The notes below the pieces were generated by a model that worked only from the letters and a program-made list of their open reading frames with translations, was not told the DNA's origin and searched no databases. 64,000 nucleotides of DNA from an uncultured delta proteobacterium (lineage in GTDB: Bacteria > Myxococcota_A > Polyangia > Polyangiales > JAFGIB01): the NCBI GenBank assembly GCA_963778655.1, contig CAVZVA010000010.1, forward strand, positions 256,001 to 320,000. The letters are read 5' to 3'. Both the position numbers and the translations under genes were made by a program. Positions 26,737 through 37,310 of the stretch are shown here, in pieces. The stretch's first letter is position 1. Every line of letters starts with the position of its first letter.

Positions 26737-29307
26737 GTGCGCTCGACAGCCACAGCTCCTACATCGGCCAACGAGGTCGGCCGCAGGCACGAAGTCCTCG
26801 GGATCTGCGGTGCGGCCGCGACCCTGCTGCTGACGCTCGCGCTGTGGTCGTACGACCGGCGCGGCGGCGAGAACTGGGTCGGCCCGGTGGGCGAGGCGGT
26901 GGCGCGCTTCTTCGTCAGCGCATTCGGACTGGGCGTGTTGTGGCTGCCGCTCGAGCTCGCCATGCTGACGGCAACGCTGTTCCGCGCCACGCGCATGCAC
27001 GCCGAGGCGTGGGTCGCGCGCGTGGCTTCGCTGCTGGTCGTGCTGCTGCTCGGCTGCGCGCTGCTGCACCTGCTGCTCTCGCCGCGCGACTTCTTCGGCG
27101 GCCACCAGGCCGGCGGCTTGACCGGAGAGATGCTGGCGGAGGTGATGCGCTCGCTGCTCGGCACTGCGGGCGCCTACGTGATCTGCGTCTCGAGCCTGCT
27201 CGTCAATCTGGTGCTGCGCACGCGGCTGTCGGTGGTGGCGCTCGCGCGCAGGCTGCGCGGCTCGTTGCGGCGGGCGGCGTTCGGGCTGTACCGCTCGGCG
27301 CGCGACACGGGCGCGTCGCTGTCGCAAGCCTGGCGCGAGGCCAAGGCGATCGAGGCCGAGGAGCGCGCCGCGGCGCTGGCGGCGGCGCAGCCGCGCATCA
27401 CACTGGCCGATGGCGAGCAGGCGGCCCCACAGGGCGCCGTCGAGCCGGGCGCCCGGCGCTCGAGCGCGGCCGGCGCGCTCGACGCCGCCGCGCGCAGCAC
27501 TGCCGGCGAGCACGAGTCGCCCGACGACGACGATGACGATGACGACGAGCAGCAGGACGAGGATCTCGACGACGATGACGGCGACGATGACGACGCCGCG
27601 CGTGCCGTCTCCGCCGCGGGCGGGACGGGCGCGCCGAAGCACGGCAGCGGCCGCCGGCCCAAGAACAAGCAGGGCCCGGTGATCGTCGCGCCGCGCATGG
27701 AGCCGCAGAAGCGCAGCGCGCGCGGCGATCACGGGCTCGCCACCCACACCGGCAGCGACGGCCGTACCTACATGCTGCCGCCCTCCACGCTGCTGGCGGA
27801 GCCGGCCGAGAGCGTGCTGCGCATCGACGAGCAGACGCTCAAGGACAACGCCGTGCGCCTTGTGGACAAGCTCGCGGCCTACGGCGTGCGCGGCCGCGTC
27901 GACGAGATCCACCCGGGTCCAGTGGTCACGATGTACGAGTTCGAGCCGCAGAGCGGCACCAAGATCTCGAAGATGGCCAGCCTCTCGGACGACCTGGCGA
28001 TGGCACTGGCGGCGGAGAAGGTGCGGATCGTGGCGCCGATCCTGGGCAAGGCGCGGGTCGGCTTCGAGCTGCCGAACAAGCTGCGCCAGACGGTGCAGCT
28101 GCGCGAGCTGCTCGAGGACGAACGCTGGCGCCACCAGGAGGGCCTGCTGCCCGTGGCGTTCGGCAAGGACATCGTGGGCCAGCCGGTCTACGGCGACTTG
28201 AGCAAGATGCCCCACCTGCTGGTCGCGGGCGCGACCGGATCGGGCAAGAGCGTCGGCCTGAACGTGATGCTGACCTCGCTGCTGATGAAGAAGACGCCCG
28301 AGCAGGTGCGGCTGTTGATGATCGACCCCAAGGTGGTCGAGCTGGCGGTCTTCGACGGTATCCCCCACATGCTGCTGCCGGTCGTCACCGACATGAAGAA
28401 GGCCTCGCTCGCGCTGCGCTGGGCGGTCGACGAGATGGAGCGTCGTTATCAGTTGTTCGCGGACGCCGGGGCGCGCAACCTGGTGTCGTACAACGCGCGG
28501 GTGGAGCGCGTGCTGCGCGGCGAGCTGAGCGTCGAGCAGTTCATGCCCAGGCGCGCGGGCAAGCTGCGCGCGCAGGGCGTGCACGGCGAGGAGGTGCTGC
28601 TCGACCTCGATCTGGGCGAGCAGCCGGACGCCTGCGACGAGCCGCCCGAGAAGCTGCCCAGCGTGGTGGTGGTGGTCGACGAGTTCGCGGACCTGATGAT
28701 GGTGGCGGCCAAGGACGTGGAGGCGGCGATCGCGCGGCTGGCGCAGAAGGCACGCGCCGCGGGCATCCACGTGATCCTCGCCACCCAGCGACCCAGCGTC
28801 GACGTCATCACCGGCATGATCAAGGCGAACTTCCCCTCGCGCATCGCGTTCAAGGTGAGCCAGCGCGAAGACAGCAAGACCATTCTCGGGCGCAACGGCG
28901 CCGAGCACCTGCTGGGCAACGGCGACATGCTGACGCTGATGCCGGGCAGCAACGACCTCAAGCGCGTCCACTGCGCGTTCATCAGCGAGGACGAGGTCAA
29001 GTCGGTGTGCGACTTCCTGCGCCTGCAGGGCGAGCCGATCTACGACGACAACATCCTGAGGCCTCGCGAGGACGACGACGACGCGGGACTCGGTCTGGGT
29101 TCGAGCTCGGACGATCCGCTCTACGATCGCGCCGTGGCGCTGGTGGCGCAGGCCGGCTACTGCTCCATCAGCCACATCCAGCGCAACCTCAGCATCGGCT
29201 ACAACAAGGCCGCCAAGCTGGTCGAGCGTATGGAAAAGGAGGGCGTGGTAGGTCCCCCCAGCGCCAAGGCCGGCGGGCGGCGCGACGTGCTGATCGAAGC
29301 GCGTTGA
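26737..29307 (+). CDS. ftsK: DNA translocase FtsK
   Basis: N-terminal TM segments, acidic linker, HLLVAGATGSGKS, IDPK, VDEFADLM, LATQRPSVDVITG, gamma domain IQRNLSIGYNKAAKLVE; start inferred. Confidence 0.96.
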   Translation: MRSTATAPTSANEVGRRHEVLGICGAAATLLLTLALWSYDRRGGENWVGPVGEAVARFFVSAFGLGVLWLPLELAMLTATLFRATRMHAEAWVARVASLLVVLLLGCALLHLLLSPRDFFGGHQAGGLTGEMLAEVMRSLLGTAGAYVICVSSLLVNLVLRTRLSVVALARRLRGSLRRAAFGLYRSARDTGASLSQAWREAKAIEAEERAAALAAAQPRITLADGEQAAPQGAVEPGARRSSAAGALDAAARSTAGEHESPDDDDDDDDEQQDEDLDDDDGDDDDAARAVSAAGGTGAPKHGSGRRPKNKQGPVIVAPRMEPQKRSARGDHGLATHTGSDGRTYMLPPSTLLAEPAESVLRIDEQTLKDNAVRLVDKLAAYGVRGRVDEIHPGPVVTMYEFEPQSGTKISKMASLSDDLAMALAAEKVRIVAPILGKARVGFELPNKLRQTVQLRELLEDERWRHQEGLLPVAFGKDIVGQPVYGDLSKMPHLLVAGATGSGKSVGLNVMLTSLLMKKTPEQVRLLMIDPKVVELAVFDGIPHMLLPVVTDMKKASLALRWAVDEMERRYQLFADAGARNLVSYNARVERVLRGELSVEQFMPRRAGKLRAQGVHGEEVLLDLDLGEQPDACDEPPEKLPSVVVVVDEFADLMMVAAKDVEAAIARLAQKARAAGIHVILATQRPSVDVITGMIKANFPSRIAFKVSQREDSKTILGRNGAEHLLGNGDMLTLMPGSNDLKRVHCAFISEDEVKSVCDFLRLQGEPIYDDNILRPREDDDDAGLGLGSSSDDPLYDRAVALVAQAGYCSISHIQRNLSIGYNKAAKLVERMEKEGVVGPPSAKAGGRRDVLIEAR

Positions 29308-29405
29308 TCGTGCATCATGATAAAGACGGCGGCTCGGTGTAGCTAGGAGCCATCGGGGCCGCGATTGCGCTTGCGCCGGCAACCCGTGTTAGACTTGGAA
29401 ACAAG

Positions 29406-29606
29406 GTGGATTCGGTGACTACAGGACAATCGCTTCTGGACCTGCTGGCTTGCCCCAAGTGCCACGGCTCGCTGCTGCGGGTGGAGCAGCCGCTGGGTTT
29501 CGCCTGCGGAAAGTGCGGGCTGTTCTTCGCCGAAGAGGACGGCCTGCCCAACATGCTCGTCGAGGACGCCAGGCCTTGGCCCCTAGTCGAGCCGGAGGCT
29601 CGCTGA
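29406..29606 (+). CDS. Trm112/YcaR family protein
   Basis: LLDLLACPKCHG..CGKCG..EDGLPNMLVEDAR. Confidence 0.9.
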   Translation: MDSVTTGQSLLDLLACPKCHGSLLRVEQPLGFACGKCGLFFAEEDGLPNMLVEDARPWPLVEPEAR

Positions 29607-29659
29607 TGCAGCGCTCGCTCGTGCAGATCAACCGGCCTTCCGGGCCCTAGGAAAGCGCC

Positions 29660-30064
29660 ATGGCGATCGATCCAGTCACAGGCCAAGTCCTTCCCAAGAT
29701 CCTGGTGGTCGAGGACGACGCCGACCTGCTGCTGATGATGAAGACGATGCTCAAGAGCGTGGGCGAGGTGACCCTGGCCAAGGACGGCCAGGAGGCCTAC
29801 GACCTGCTCAAGCAAGGCTTCAAGCCCGACGTGATCGTGACCGACGTGATGATGCCGCGGATGGACGGCGTCACGCTGGCCAAGACGCTCAAGAACGACC
29901 CGGCGATCGGCAACATCCCGTTGGTCATGCTGACGGCCAAGAGCGGGCCGCTCGACATGATCACCGGGATCAACGCCGGCGCACGCCACTACATCACCAA
30001 GCCGTTCAAGGCCTCCGACCTGATCGACAAGGTCAAGAAGGCCCTGCAACACCGCCGAGCTTGA
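29660..30064 (+). CDS. Single-domain response regulator
   Basis: VVEDD, VTDVMMPRMDG, LTA, YITKPF. Confidence 0.95.
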   Translation: MAIDPVTGQVLPKILVVEDDADLLLMMKTMLKSVGEVTLAKDGQEAYDLLKQGFKPDVIVTDVMMPRMDGVTLAKTLKNDPAIGNIPLVMLTAKSGPLDMITGINAGARHYITKPFKASDLIDKVKKALQHRRA

Positions 30065-30206
30065 AGCCGGCTTGCCGCGGGCCGGTGAGCACGGGCGCGG
30101 GCCGGCGGTCGCGCACGCCGCGGGCCGCCAGACCACGGCCCTGTCGCTTTTTGGGCATCGAAGCCCATCGCCGATGGTTATCGAGACAAGCGCGGTGCCG
30201 GATGGC

Positions 30207-32372
30207 ATGCTGCGCCGCGCCGTGATGGCCCGCCTCCGCCTCCCGCCCTGGCCCAGCATTCGGCTGCCGAGCGCCTGCGCGCTCGCGCTGCTGCTGAGCT
30301 GCGCGCTCGACGTGATCTTCGGCGGTGGCCCCTTCGGCGTGCACTTCGCGCTGTGCCTGGCGGGGCTCGCGGCCGGCGTCGGCGTGCTGTATGGGCTGAT
30401 GTGGCAGCTGGCGTTCTTCCTGGTCGGGCTGTTGCCGCGCCGCCTGGGCTACCTGCTGTGGCCGCTGCTCTCGCTCGGGGCGGGCGCGCGCCTGGCCTTC
30501 CTGCTGGGCGCGACGCGGCGCCTGCAGGGCGCCTACAGCAAGCTCGCGATCGCCGTGCTCGGCGTGTGCGCCCTGGGCTCGTTGCTGCTCGGCGGGCTGC
30601 TGTGCGCGCTGCAGCCGGTGGGGCCCGAGGGCAGCTCCCTGCTGGGGGCGCGCCGGCCGGCGACGCGCAACGCGGTCGCCGCCGTGCTGATCGGGTGCGC
30701 GGCCGTGCTCAACGTCGCCGACCGCGTGCTCTACGTCGGCCTGTACCCGATCGGACACTTCGCGCTGCGCATGGCGGCGCTCTACGTGGCGATGTTCGGC
30801 CTGGCCGTGATTGGCCAGCGCCTGCGGCTGCCGCGGCTCTCGCGCAAGGTGGTGCTGGCGCTGCTGTTGCTGGCGGCGGTGCCGCTGCTCACGCTCGGCG
30901 AGAGCGCGCCGCGCACGCTGCAGGCCTTCGCCGCGCGGCCCTGGCCCGCGACCGTGCTCTCGGCCTCGCGCGATCTGCTCGACATCGACCGCGACGGCTA
31001 CGCCTCGCTGCTCGGCGGCGGAGACTGCGCGCCGCTCGACCCGCGCGTGCATCCGGGCGCGCCCGAGATCCCGGACAACGGCATCGACGACAACTGCGCC
31101 ATGGGCGACGCCCATCGCAAGACGACCGCGGACGCGCAAGCGGCGCTGCCGACCGACCCCTCGCCGCTGGACGTGGTCCTGATCACCATCGACTCGCTGC
31201 GGCGAGACCGCGTGGGGATCTACGATCCGCCGGGCTCGCGCAAGCGCCGCCTGACGCCGAGCCTGGACGCTTGGGCGCGCCGCGCCACGGTGTTCACCCA
31301 CGCGTACACGTCGGGGGCGTGGACCAGCCTGGCGCTACCGTCGCTGATGCGAGGGGTCTACCCGCGGCGGCTGCGTTGGACGCGTTTCTACGAGACCAGC
31401 CAGCACCGGCTGCTGCGCAATCCGCTCGCGCCGCAGCTACGGCCCGGCGAGACGCCGGCCTGGCTGTTCGCCTTTCCTACCACCGACCCGCACGTCCCGC
31501 TAGCGCGGTGGCTGGCGCGCCGCGGCATGCGCACGCTTGCCGTGATCGACGACGGGCAGTCCGAGATCCTGCGGCCGGGCACCGGCATCGAGGACGGCTT
31601 CGATAGCTATCATCAGGTCAATCCCGGGGCCACCGTGCTGCACGACGACGCCGACACCGCCTCGACCGCGATCTGGGAGCTGGCCCACGCGCCCCACGAC
31701 AAGCGCCTGTTCCTGTGGGTGCACTTCTTCGGCGTGCACAGCCCGGACACCCAGCACCTGGGCACGCCGGTGTACGGAACCTCGGTCGCCGATCGCTACG
31801 ATCACGAGGTGCGCTACATGGACAGCCAGCTGGGACGCTTGCTCGCGGTGCTCGCCCGGCGGCCGCGCACCGCCGTGTTCGTGACCGCGGACCACGGCGA
31901 GGAGCTGGACCGCGGGATCCGCCATCACGGCTACTCGCTGGTCGAGCAGCTGATCCGGATCCCGCTGATCGCCTACGTGCCCGGCTGGCCGGTGGGGCCG
32001 GTCGATCCCCTGGTCAGCTTGGTCGACCTGATGCCGACGATCCTGGCGCTCACCGACACTCCGGCTCCGGGCGACCTCGACGGCCTCGATCTGCAGGAAG
32101 TGCTCGCACACCCGTCGGGCAAGCCGCGCATCCTGCTCAGCGACACCTGGCGCTTCGACGTCAACGAGCACTTGATCGCCGACCTGGTCACGGCCTATGA
32201 CGGCCGGCGCAAGGTGCTGTTCGACGAGCTGGGTCACGCCTTCTCGCAGTTCGACCAGACCGGACAGGTGCCCGGGGCGAAACCGCTGCTGACGCCCGCG
32301 ACCGATCCGCTGGCGCGGCTCGCGTTGGCCTACCTGGAAGACACGGGCGGCATGCCCTCGCCGAGCGACTGA
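30207..32372 (+). CDS. Membrane-anchored sulfatase-like / LTA-synthase-like transferase with a MopE-type Cys/Asp motif
   Basis: Multiple N-terminal TM helices; DRDGY..GDC..HPGAPEIPDNGIDDNC; ITIDSLRRD, WTSLA (Thr at nucleophile position), TADHGE, HHG; start uncertain (30174-30225). Confidence 0.85.
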   Translation: MLRRAVMARLRLPPWPSIRLPSACALALLLSCALDVIFGGGPFGVHFALCLAGLAAGVGVLYGLMWQLAFFLVGLLPRRLGYLLWPLLSLGAGARLAFLLGATRRLQGAYSKLAIAVLGVCALGSLLLGGLLCALQPVGPEGSSLLGARRPATRNAVAAVLIGCAAVLNVADRVLYVGLYPIGHFALRMAALYVAMFGLAVIGQRLRLPRLSRKVVLALLLLAAVPLLTLGESAPRTLQAFAARPWPATVLSASRDLLDIDRDGYASLLGGGDCAPLDPRVHPGAPEIPDNGIDDNCAMGDAHRKTTADAQAALPTDPSPLDVVLITIDSLRRDRVGIYDPPGSRKRRLTPSLDAWARRATVFTHAYTSGAWTSLALPSLMRGVYPRRLRWTRFYETSQHRLLRNPLAPQLRPGETPAWLFAFPTTDPHVPLARWLARRGMRTLAVIDDGQSEILRPGTGIEDGFDSYHQVNPGATVLHDDADTASTAIWELAHAPHDKRLFLWVHFFGVHSPDTQHLGTPVYGTSVADRYDHEVRYMDSQLGRLLAVLARRPRTAVFVTADHGEELDRGIRHHGYSLVEQLIRIPLIAYVPGWPVGPVDPLVSLVDLMPTILALTDTPAPGDLDGLDLQEVLAHPSGKPRILLSDTWRFDVNEHLIADLVTAYDGRRKVLFDELGHAFSQFDQTGQVPGAKPLLTPATDPLARLALAYLEDTGGMPSPSD

Positions 32373-32416
32373 GAGCAGGCGGCTGCGGGCAGGGCGCGGC
32401 CCAAGCAGGCTTGCGC

Positions 32417-34144
32417 TCAGTGGCGGCGGGGCCAGCGATCGTTGCGCAGATAGACGTGCACCAGGCCCGTCGAGAACCGCTCGCGGTAGCGCCGGCGCAG
32501 CAGGGTGCGGAGCTGCGGCATGCACGTCAGCAGCTCGTCCAGGGCGTGCACGGGGTGAAAGATCGGCGCGCGGTCGATCAGCACCAGGGCCGCAGGGCTC
32601 GCGTGTTGCAGCCTGTGGACGAAATCGGCGGCGTTGCGCTGCGCTCGGGCCGCCCCCTCGGCGGCCGCTTGGGGCGAGCCACCCGACGCCCGGACGCCGG
32701 CGGCGATCGCGTTCGGATTGAGCTCGGTGGCATACAGGTAAGGCGTCGCGCTGCGCCGCTCGGCCAGCGCGAGCAGGTAGGGGTCCATGCCGTAGATCTG
32801 GATGCGATCCTTGGGACGGGTGTGGCGCCGGACAAAGGCGCCAGCCTCGACCAGGCCGACGGAGGCGAAGTCGGCGGTATCGTAGTGACGCAGGTAGACC
32901 GGCGCAGTCCGGGCCTCGGGCCTGCGGCCGTCCAGGACTGCAAAGTCGGCGTGCAGGTACGGCGAGCCCAACAGAGCCTGGGCCGCGCGATAGCCGAGCA
33001 GCGCCGCCAGCAGCAGCGGCCACAGCACCGGCACGGGCGCCGCAGCGCGCTCGCTGCCGTCGGACCGAGCCGGAGCCTCGCCGCAGACGTGGCAGCAGAG
33101 CGCGAGCACGAGCAGCGCCAGGCCCGAGCTGAGCGAATGGATGTGCGCGCCGAGCCGGCGGCCCGGCGTCAGGTCGAGCGCGAGCGCGAACGGCGGAAAT
33201 AGCGCGAACGCCAGCATGTGGCGTCCCAGGCGCCGCAGCGCGATCAGCGCGCAGGCGCACAGCGCGAGCGTGACCGCCAGCAGCACGGGCTCGAGGCTAT
33301 GGCGCAGGGCTTCGGCGGCCTGCTGTCCGTGCGCGGCCAGCACGCGATAGTAGCCGGTATCGAGCAGAACCACCTGCAACAGCTCGCCTGCTCCGCAGCA
33401 GGCGGCGACGAAGACCGCCTGCAGCGCCAGCCCCAGCAGCGCGCCGGCGCCGAACGCCGCGAGCCGCCGGCGCGGCCCGAGCTCGGCGGCGCAAGCGCCA
33501 GCACCGAGCGCGAGCAGGTGCAGCGCGCTGTAGGCCAAAGACAGCGGCTCGCCCAGCCAGGCCGTGACGCTGGCCGCGCCCGCCAATGCGGACCAGCGGC
33601 GGGCAGCCGCCGGACGCGTGCTGGCGAGCGCACGCAGCACGCAAGCGAAGGCCGCCAGCACGAACCAGTCGAGCAGGCTCTCGGGCACCGTCAGCTCGCT
33701 GGCGTCGTAGAAGCTGAGGTACTGCGCGAGCAGCACCACGGCGCCAGCGGCGGCCCAGGCCGCGCGCTCGCGCAGGGCGCGGCGCTCGGGCCGCAGCCCG
33801 GTGGCGCCGGGCAGCGAGCCGCCGAGCCAGGCGAACAGCAGCGTCGACACGCCCAGATCGAGACTGCGCAGGCGGTGCGGATCGGCGCCGCCCAGCAGCC
33901 GGGCCAGCAGGTAGAGCTCGTGCACCAGCGGGCCGCTGCTCTCGCGCAGGTCGCGGTAGAGGCGCGCGCCGTGCGCGATCGCCCAGGCCGTGCCCTCGTA
34001 GATGCCCTGCTCGCGGCTCAGCCCGGCGAAGCTGGCGTTGCGCAGGGCGAACCACAGCCACGGCAAGGGCACCAGGCTGACCACGAGCGCGCTGGCCACG
34101 CAGACCCCGATGCGCGCTCGGTCACGGCCAGAGCCGGCGTCCAC
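32417..34144 (-). CDS. Polytopic membrane protein, possible GT-C (PMT/ArnT-like) glycosyltransferase
   Basis: Many TM helices; N-terminal loop YEGTAWAIAHGARLYRDLRESSGP; C-terminal soluble domain IQIYGMDPYL. Confidence 0.65.
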   Translation of the reverse strand: MDAGSGRDRARIGVCVASALVVSLVPLPWLWFALRNASFAGLSREQGIYEGTAWAIAHGARLYRDLRESSGPLVHELYLLARLLGGADPHRLRSLDLGVSTLLFAWLGGSLPGATGLRPERRALRERAAWAAAGAVVLLAQYLSFYDASELTVPESLLDWFVLAAFACVLRALASTRPAAARRWSALAGAASVTAWLGEPLSLAYSALHLLALGAGACAAELGPRRRLAAFGAGALLGLALQAVFVAACCGAGELLQVVLLDTGYYRVLAAHGQQAAEALRHSLEPVLLAVTLALCACALIALRRLGRHMLAFALFPPFALALDLTPGRRLGAHIHSLSSGLALLVLALCCHVCGEAPARSDGSERAAAPVPVLWPLLLAALLGYRAAQALLGSPYLHADFAVLDGRRPEARTAPVYLRHYDTADFASVGLVEAGAFVRRHTRPKDRIQIYGMDPYLLALAERRSATPYLYATELNPNAIAAGVRASGGSPQAAAEGAARAQRNAADFVHRLQHASPAALVLIDRAPIFHPVHALDELLTCMPQLRTLLRRRYRERFSTGLVHVYLRNDRWPRRH

Positions 34145-34234
34145 ACTGCTGCTCCCATTCTCTCGGGGTTGGATTTCTGCGCGCGACGGGTTCGTGCGCT
34201 ACGGCTTCTCGGGCTTCGCCCTGCGATGCCGGCA

Positions 34235-34274
34235 CGACTGCAGGAATACTCAGTGTATTTCAAAGGAGCGCAAC
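34235..34274 (+). repeat. Degenerate copy of the internal core of the 16139-16305 element
   Basis: CGACTGCAGGAATACTCAGTGTATTTCAAAGGAGCGCAAC resembles CGACCGCTGGAATGCTCGGTGTATTTCAAGGTCGCGCAAC at about 16205-16244. Confidence 0.6.
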
Positions 34275-34545
34275 CGCTTCGCGGCGAGCGAGCTCGTCCC
34301 GCGTGGAAAGGCGACCGCGATGGGATTGGGACCAGCAGTGTCCATGGGGGGCGCTGTAGCACCGCGCCGGCGCGCGGAGCAAGCCCGTGAAGGGGCTTGC
34401 CATTTCGGCGAGCGGCCGGCGCCGGCAAACAGGCATGTCCGCGGCGGCACCGCGTGCGCTAGGCTCGGCCCGGGGTTGATCCGAAGGCCGGACTTACCTA
34501 CAAGATTGAATTCGCTTCAAGCCAAGCAAACGGAAGGGCAGCGCG

Positions 34546-35582
<1,037 letters not shown>

Positions 35583-35587
35583 GCAAT

Positions 35588-35648
35588 CACGGGAAGCCGG
35601 GAGGCTCGGATGTGCTTTCCTCTCTTCCCGCCTTCGCCTCTTCCTGTG
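35588..35648. repeat. GGGAAG-type imperfect inverted repeat just after the AKR stop
   Basis: CACGGGAAGCCGGGAGG ... CTTCCCGCCTTCGCCTCTTCCTGTG; related to 37231-37295. Confidence 0.55.
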
Positions 35649-35706
35649 GCGTCTTCGAAGCTGCCTTTTCCGGGGCGCTTGCGCCGGCTGCGCGCTATGT
35701 AGCGGC

Positions 35707-37197
35707 GTGGCCGTCTATGCGCTGGCCGCCCTCTCGGGCGTGCTCTACGTGCTCGCATTTCCAGGCATCGGGCTGTGGCCGCTCGCGTTCGTGGCGCTGG
35801 TGCCGGTGCTGTGGCTGCTCGACGCGCGACCGCTGCGCGGGCGCCAAGCGCTGGGCGCGGGGCTGTGCTTCGGTGCGGTCACGCAGCTGCTCGGCTTCCG
35901 CTGGCTGTTGCCGACGCTGCGCGCGTTTTCGGCCTTGCCGCCAGTTCCGTGCGCGCTGATCTTCGTGCTCATCTGCCTGCTGCACGCCGGCCAGCAGGCG
36001 TTGTTCGTCGGGTTGCTGTGGCGCGCCAAGCGAGCGGGCCTTTCGCCGCTGTGGCTGGCACCGTTCTGCCAGGCCGCGCTCGAGCTGGTCTATCCGCAGC
36101 TCTTCCCCAACTACTTCGCCGCCAGCCTGCACCCGGTCCCGCTGCTCGCGCAGCACGCCGAGCTGGGTGGCCCGATCCTGCTTTCGGCCTGGCTGGTGGC
36201 GCTGAACGCCGCGCTTTGTTCCGCCCTGCGCGGCCGTGGCGCGCGCCTGCCCGCGCTCGCGACCTTCGCCGTGCTACTCGGCGCCGCCGCAGGCTACGGC
36301 GCGCTGCGCGTGCACGCGCTGCAAGCCGTGATCGAGCGTGCGCCCAAGCTGCGGGTGGGCATCGTGCAGGCCAATATGGGCACGCGCCAGAAGCTCGCCG
36401 ACCGCGCCGAGGGCCGCCGCCGCTACCTGGAACAATCGCGCCGCCTGGAGCGCGCAGCGCAGCGGCCCGAGCTGCTGGTGTGGCCCGAGACCGCGGTCAA
36501 GTACCTGCTGCCCGAGGGTACCAAGAACGCCAGCCAGGTGCTCGGGCCCTTGACCACACCGGTGTTGTTCGGCGGGCTCGGGCACCGCGTCGAGCACGGC
36601 AAGGCCCGGCTCTACAACAGCGCCTTCCTGACCGACGCCGCCGGGCACGTGCTCGGGCGCGAAGACAAGATGCACCTGATCCCCTTCGCGGAGTTCATCC
36701 CGCTCGGCGATCGCATCCCGCGCCTCTATGACCTGCTGCCCAACAGCGGCGAGTTCACTCCCGGCGCTGGACCGCGCGCGCTGCCATTCCGCGGCCGCCG
36801 CATCGCCGCGCTGATCTGCTACGAGGACGTGCTGCCGGGTTTCGTGCGCGAGGTGGTGCGGGCCACGCAGCCGAACCTGCTGGTCAACCTCAGCAACGAC
36901 GCCTGGTTCGGTCCCAGCGCCGAACCGCCCATTCACCTCGCGCTCGGCGCTCTGCGCGCGATCGAGCACCGGCTGTACTTCGTGCGCGCGAGCAACAGCG
37001 GGATCAGCGCGTTTGTTGACCCGATGGGGCGGGTGATCGCACGCACCAACCTGTTCGTGCGCGCCAACCTGGTCGGCGAGGTGGCCTGGCTGCCGGGCGG
37101 CACCTTGTACGACAGCCTGGGCGACTGGCCGGGCTATCTCGGGCTGCTGGTGATCGGGCTCGCCTTGCTGCGCAGGTCGCCGCGGACGAGCCGCTGA
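35707..37197 (+). CDS. lnt: Apolipoprotein N-acyltransferase
   Basis: TM N-terminus; IVQAN, VWPE, YNS, KMHLIPFAE, ICYED, SNDAWF, RAIE, RASNSGIS motifs. Confidence 0.96.
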   Translation: MAVYALAALSGVLYVLAFPGIGLWPLAFVALVPVLWLLDARPLRGRQALGAGLCFGAVTQLLGFRWLLPTLRAFSALPPVPCALIFVLICLLHAGQQALFVGLLWRAKRAGLSPLWLAPFCQAALELVYPQLFPNYFAASLHPVPLLAQHAELGGPILLSAWLVALNAALCSALRGRGARLPALATFAVLLGAAAGYGALRVHALQAVIERAPKLRVGIVQANMGTRQKLADRAEGRRRYLEQSRRLERAAQRPELLVWPETAVKYLLPEGTKNASQVLGPLTTPVLFGGLGHRVEHGKARLYNSAFLTDAAGHVLGREDKMHLIPFAEFIPLGDRIPRLYDLLPNSGEFTPGAGPRALPFRGRRIAALICYEDVLPGFVREVVRATQPNLLVNLSNDAWFGPSAEPPIHLALGALRAIEHRLYFVRASNSGISAFVDPMGRVIARTNLFVRANLVGEVAWLPGGTLYDSLGDWPGYLGLLVIGLALLRRSPRTSR

Positions 37198-37230
37198 GCT
37201 CCATCCCATGGGGAAGCGCGGTCGAAGCTT

Positions 37231-37295
37231 GACAGCAAGGCGGGAAGACGGGGAGCACTCGACTTTCTCTCTTCCCGCCTTCCCGTCTTGCTGTC
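37231..37295. repeat. 25-bp-arm inverted repeat between convergent lnt and pap (REP-like / bidirectional terminator)
   Basis: GACAGCAAGGCGGGAAGACGGGGAG / CTTCCCGCCTTCCCGTCTTGCTGTC, 22 of 25 positions complementary. Confidence 0.8.
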
Positions 37296-37310
37296 GATTC
37301 TCGACCTCGT

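Noticed and set aside
26578..29382. Long antisense and alternate-frame ORFs (also 7876-10137, 38211-40220, 42644-44731, 51793-53727, 13893-16283)
   Set aside because: Shadow ORFs expected in high-GC DNA opposite or overlapping real genes; Arg/Ala/Pro-rich with no motifs
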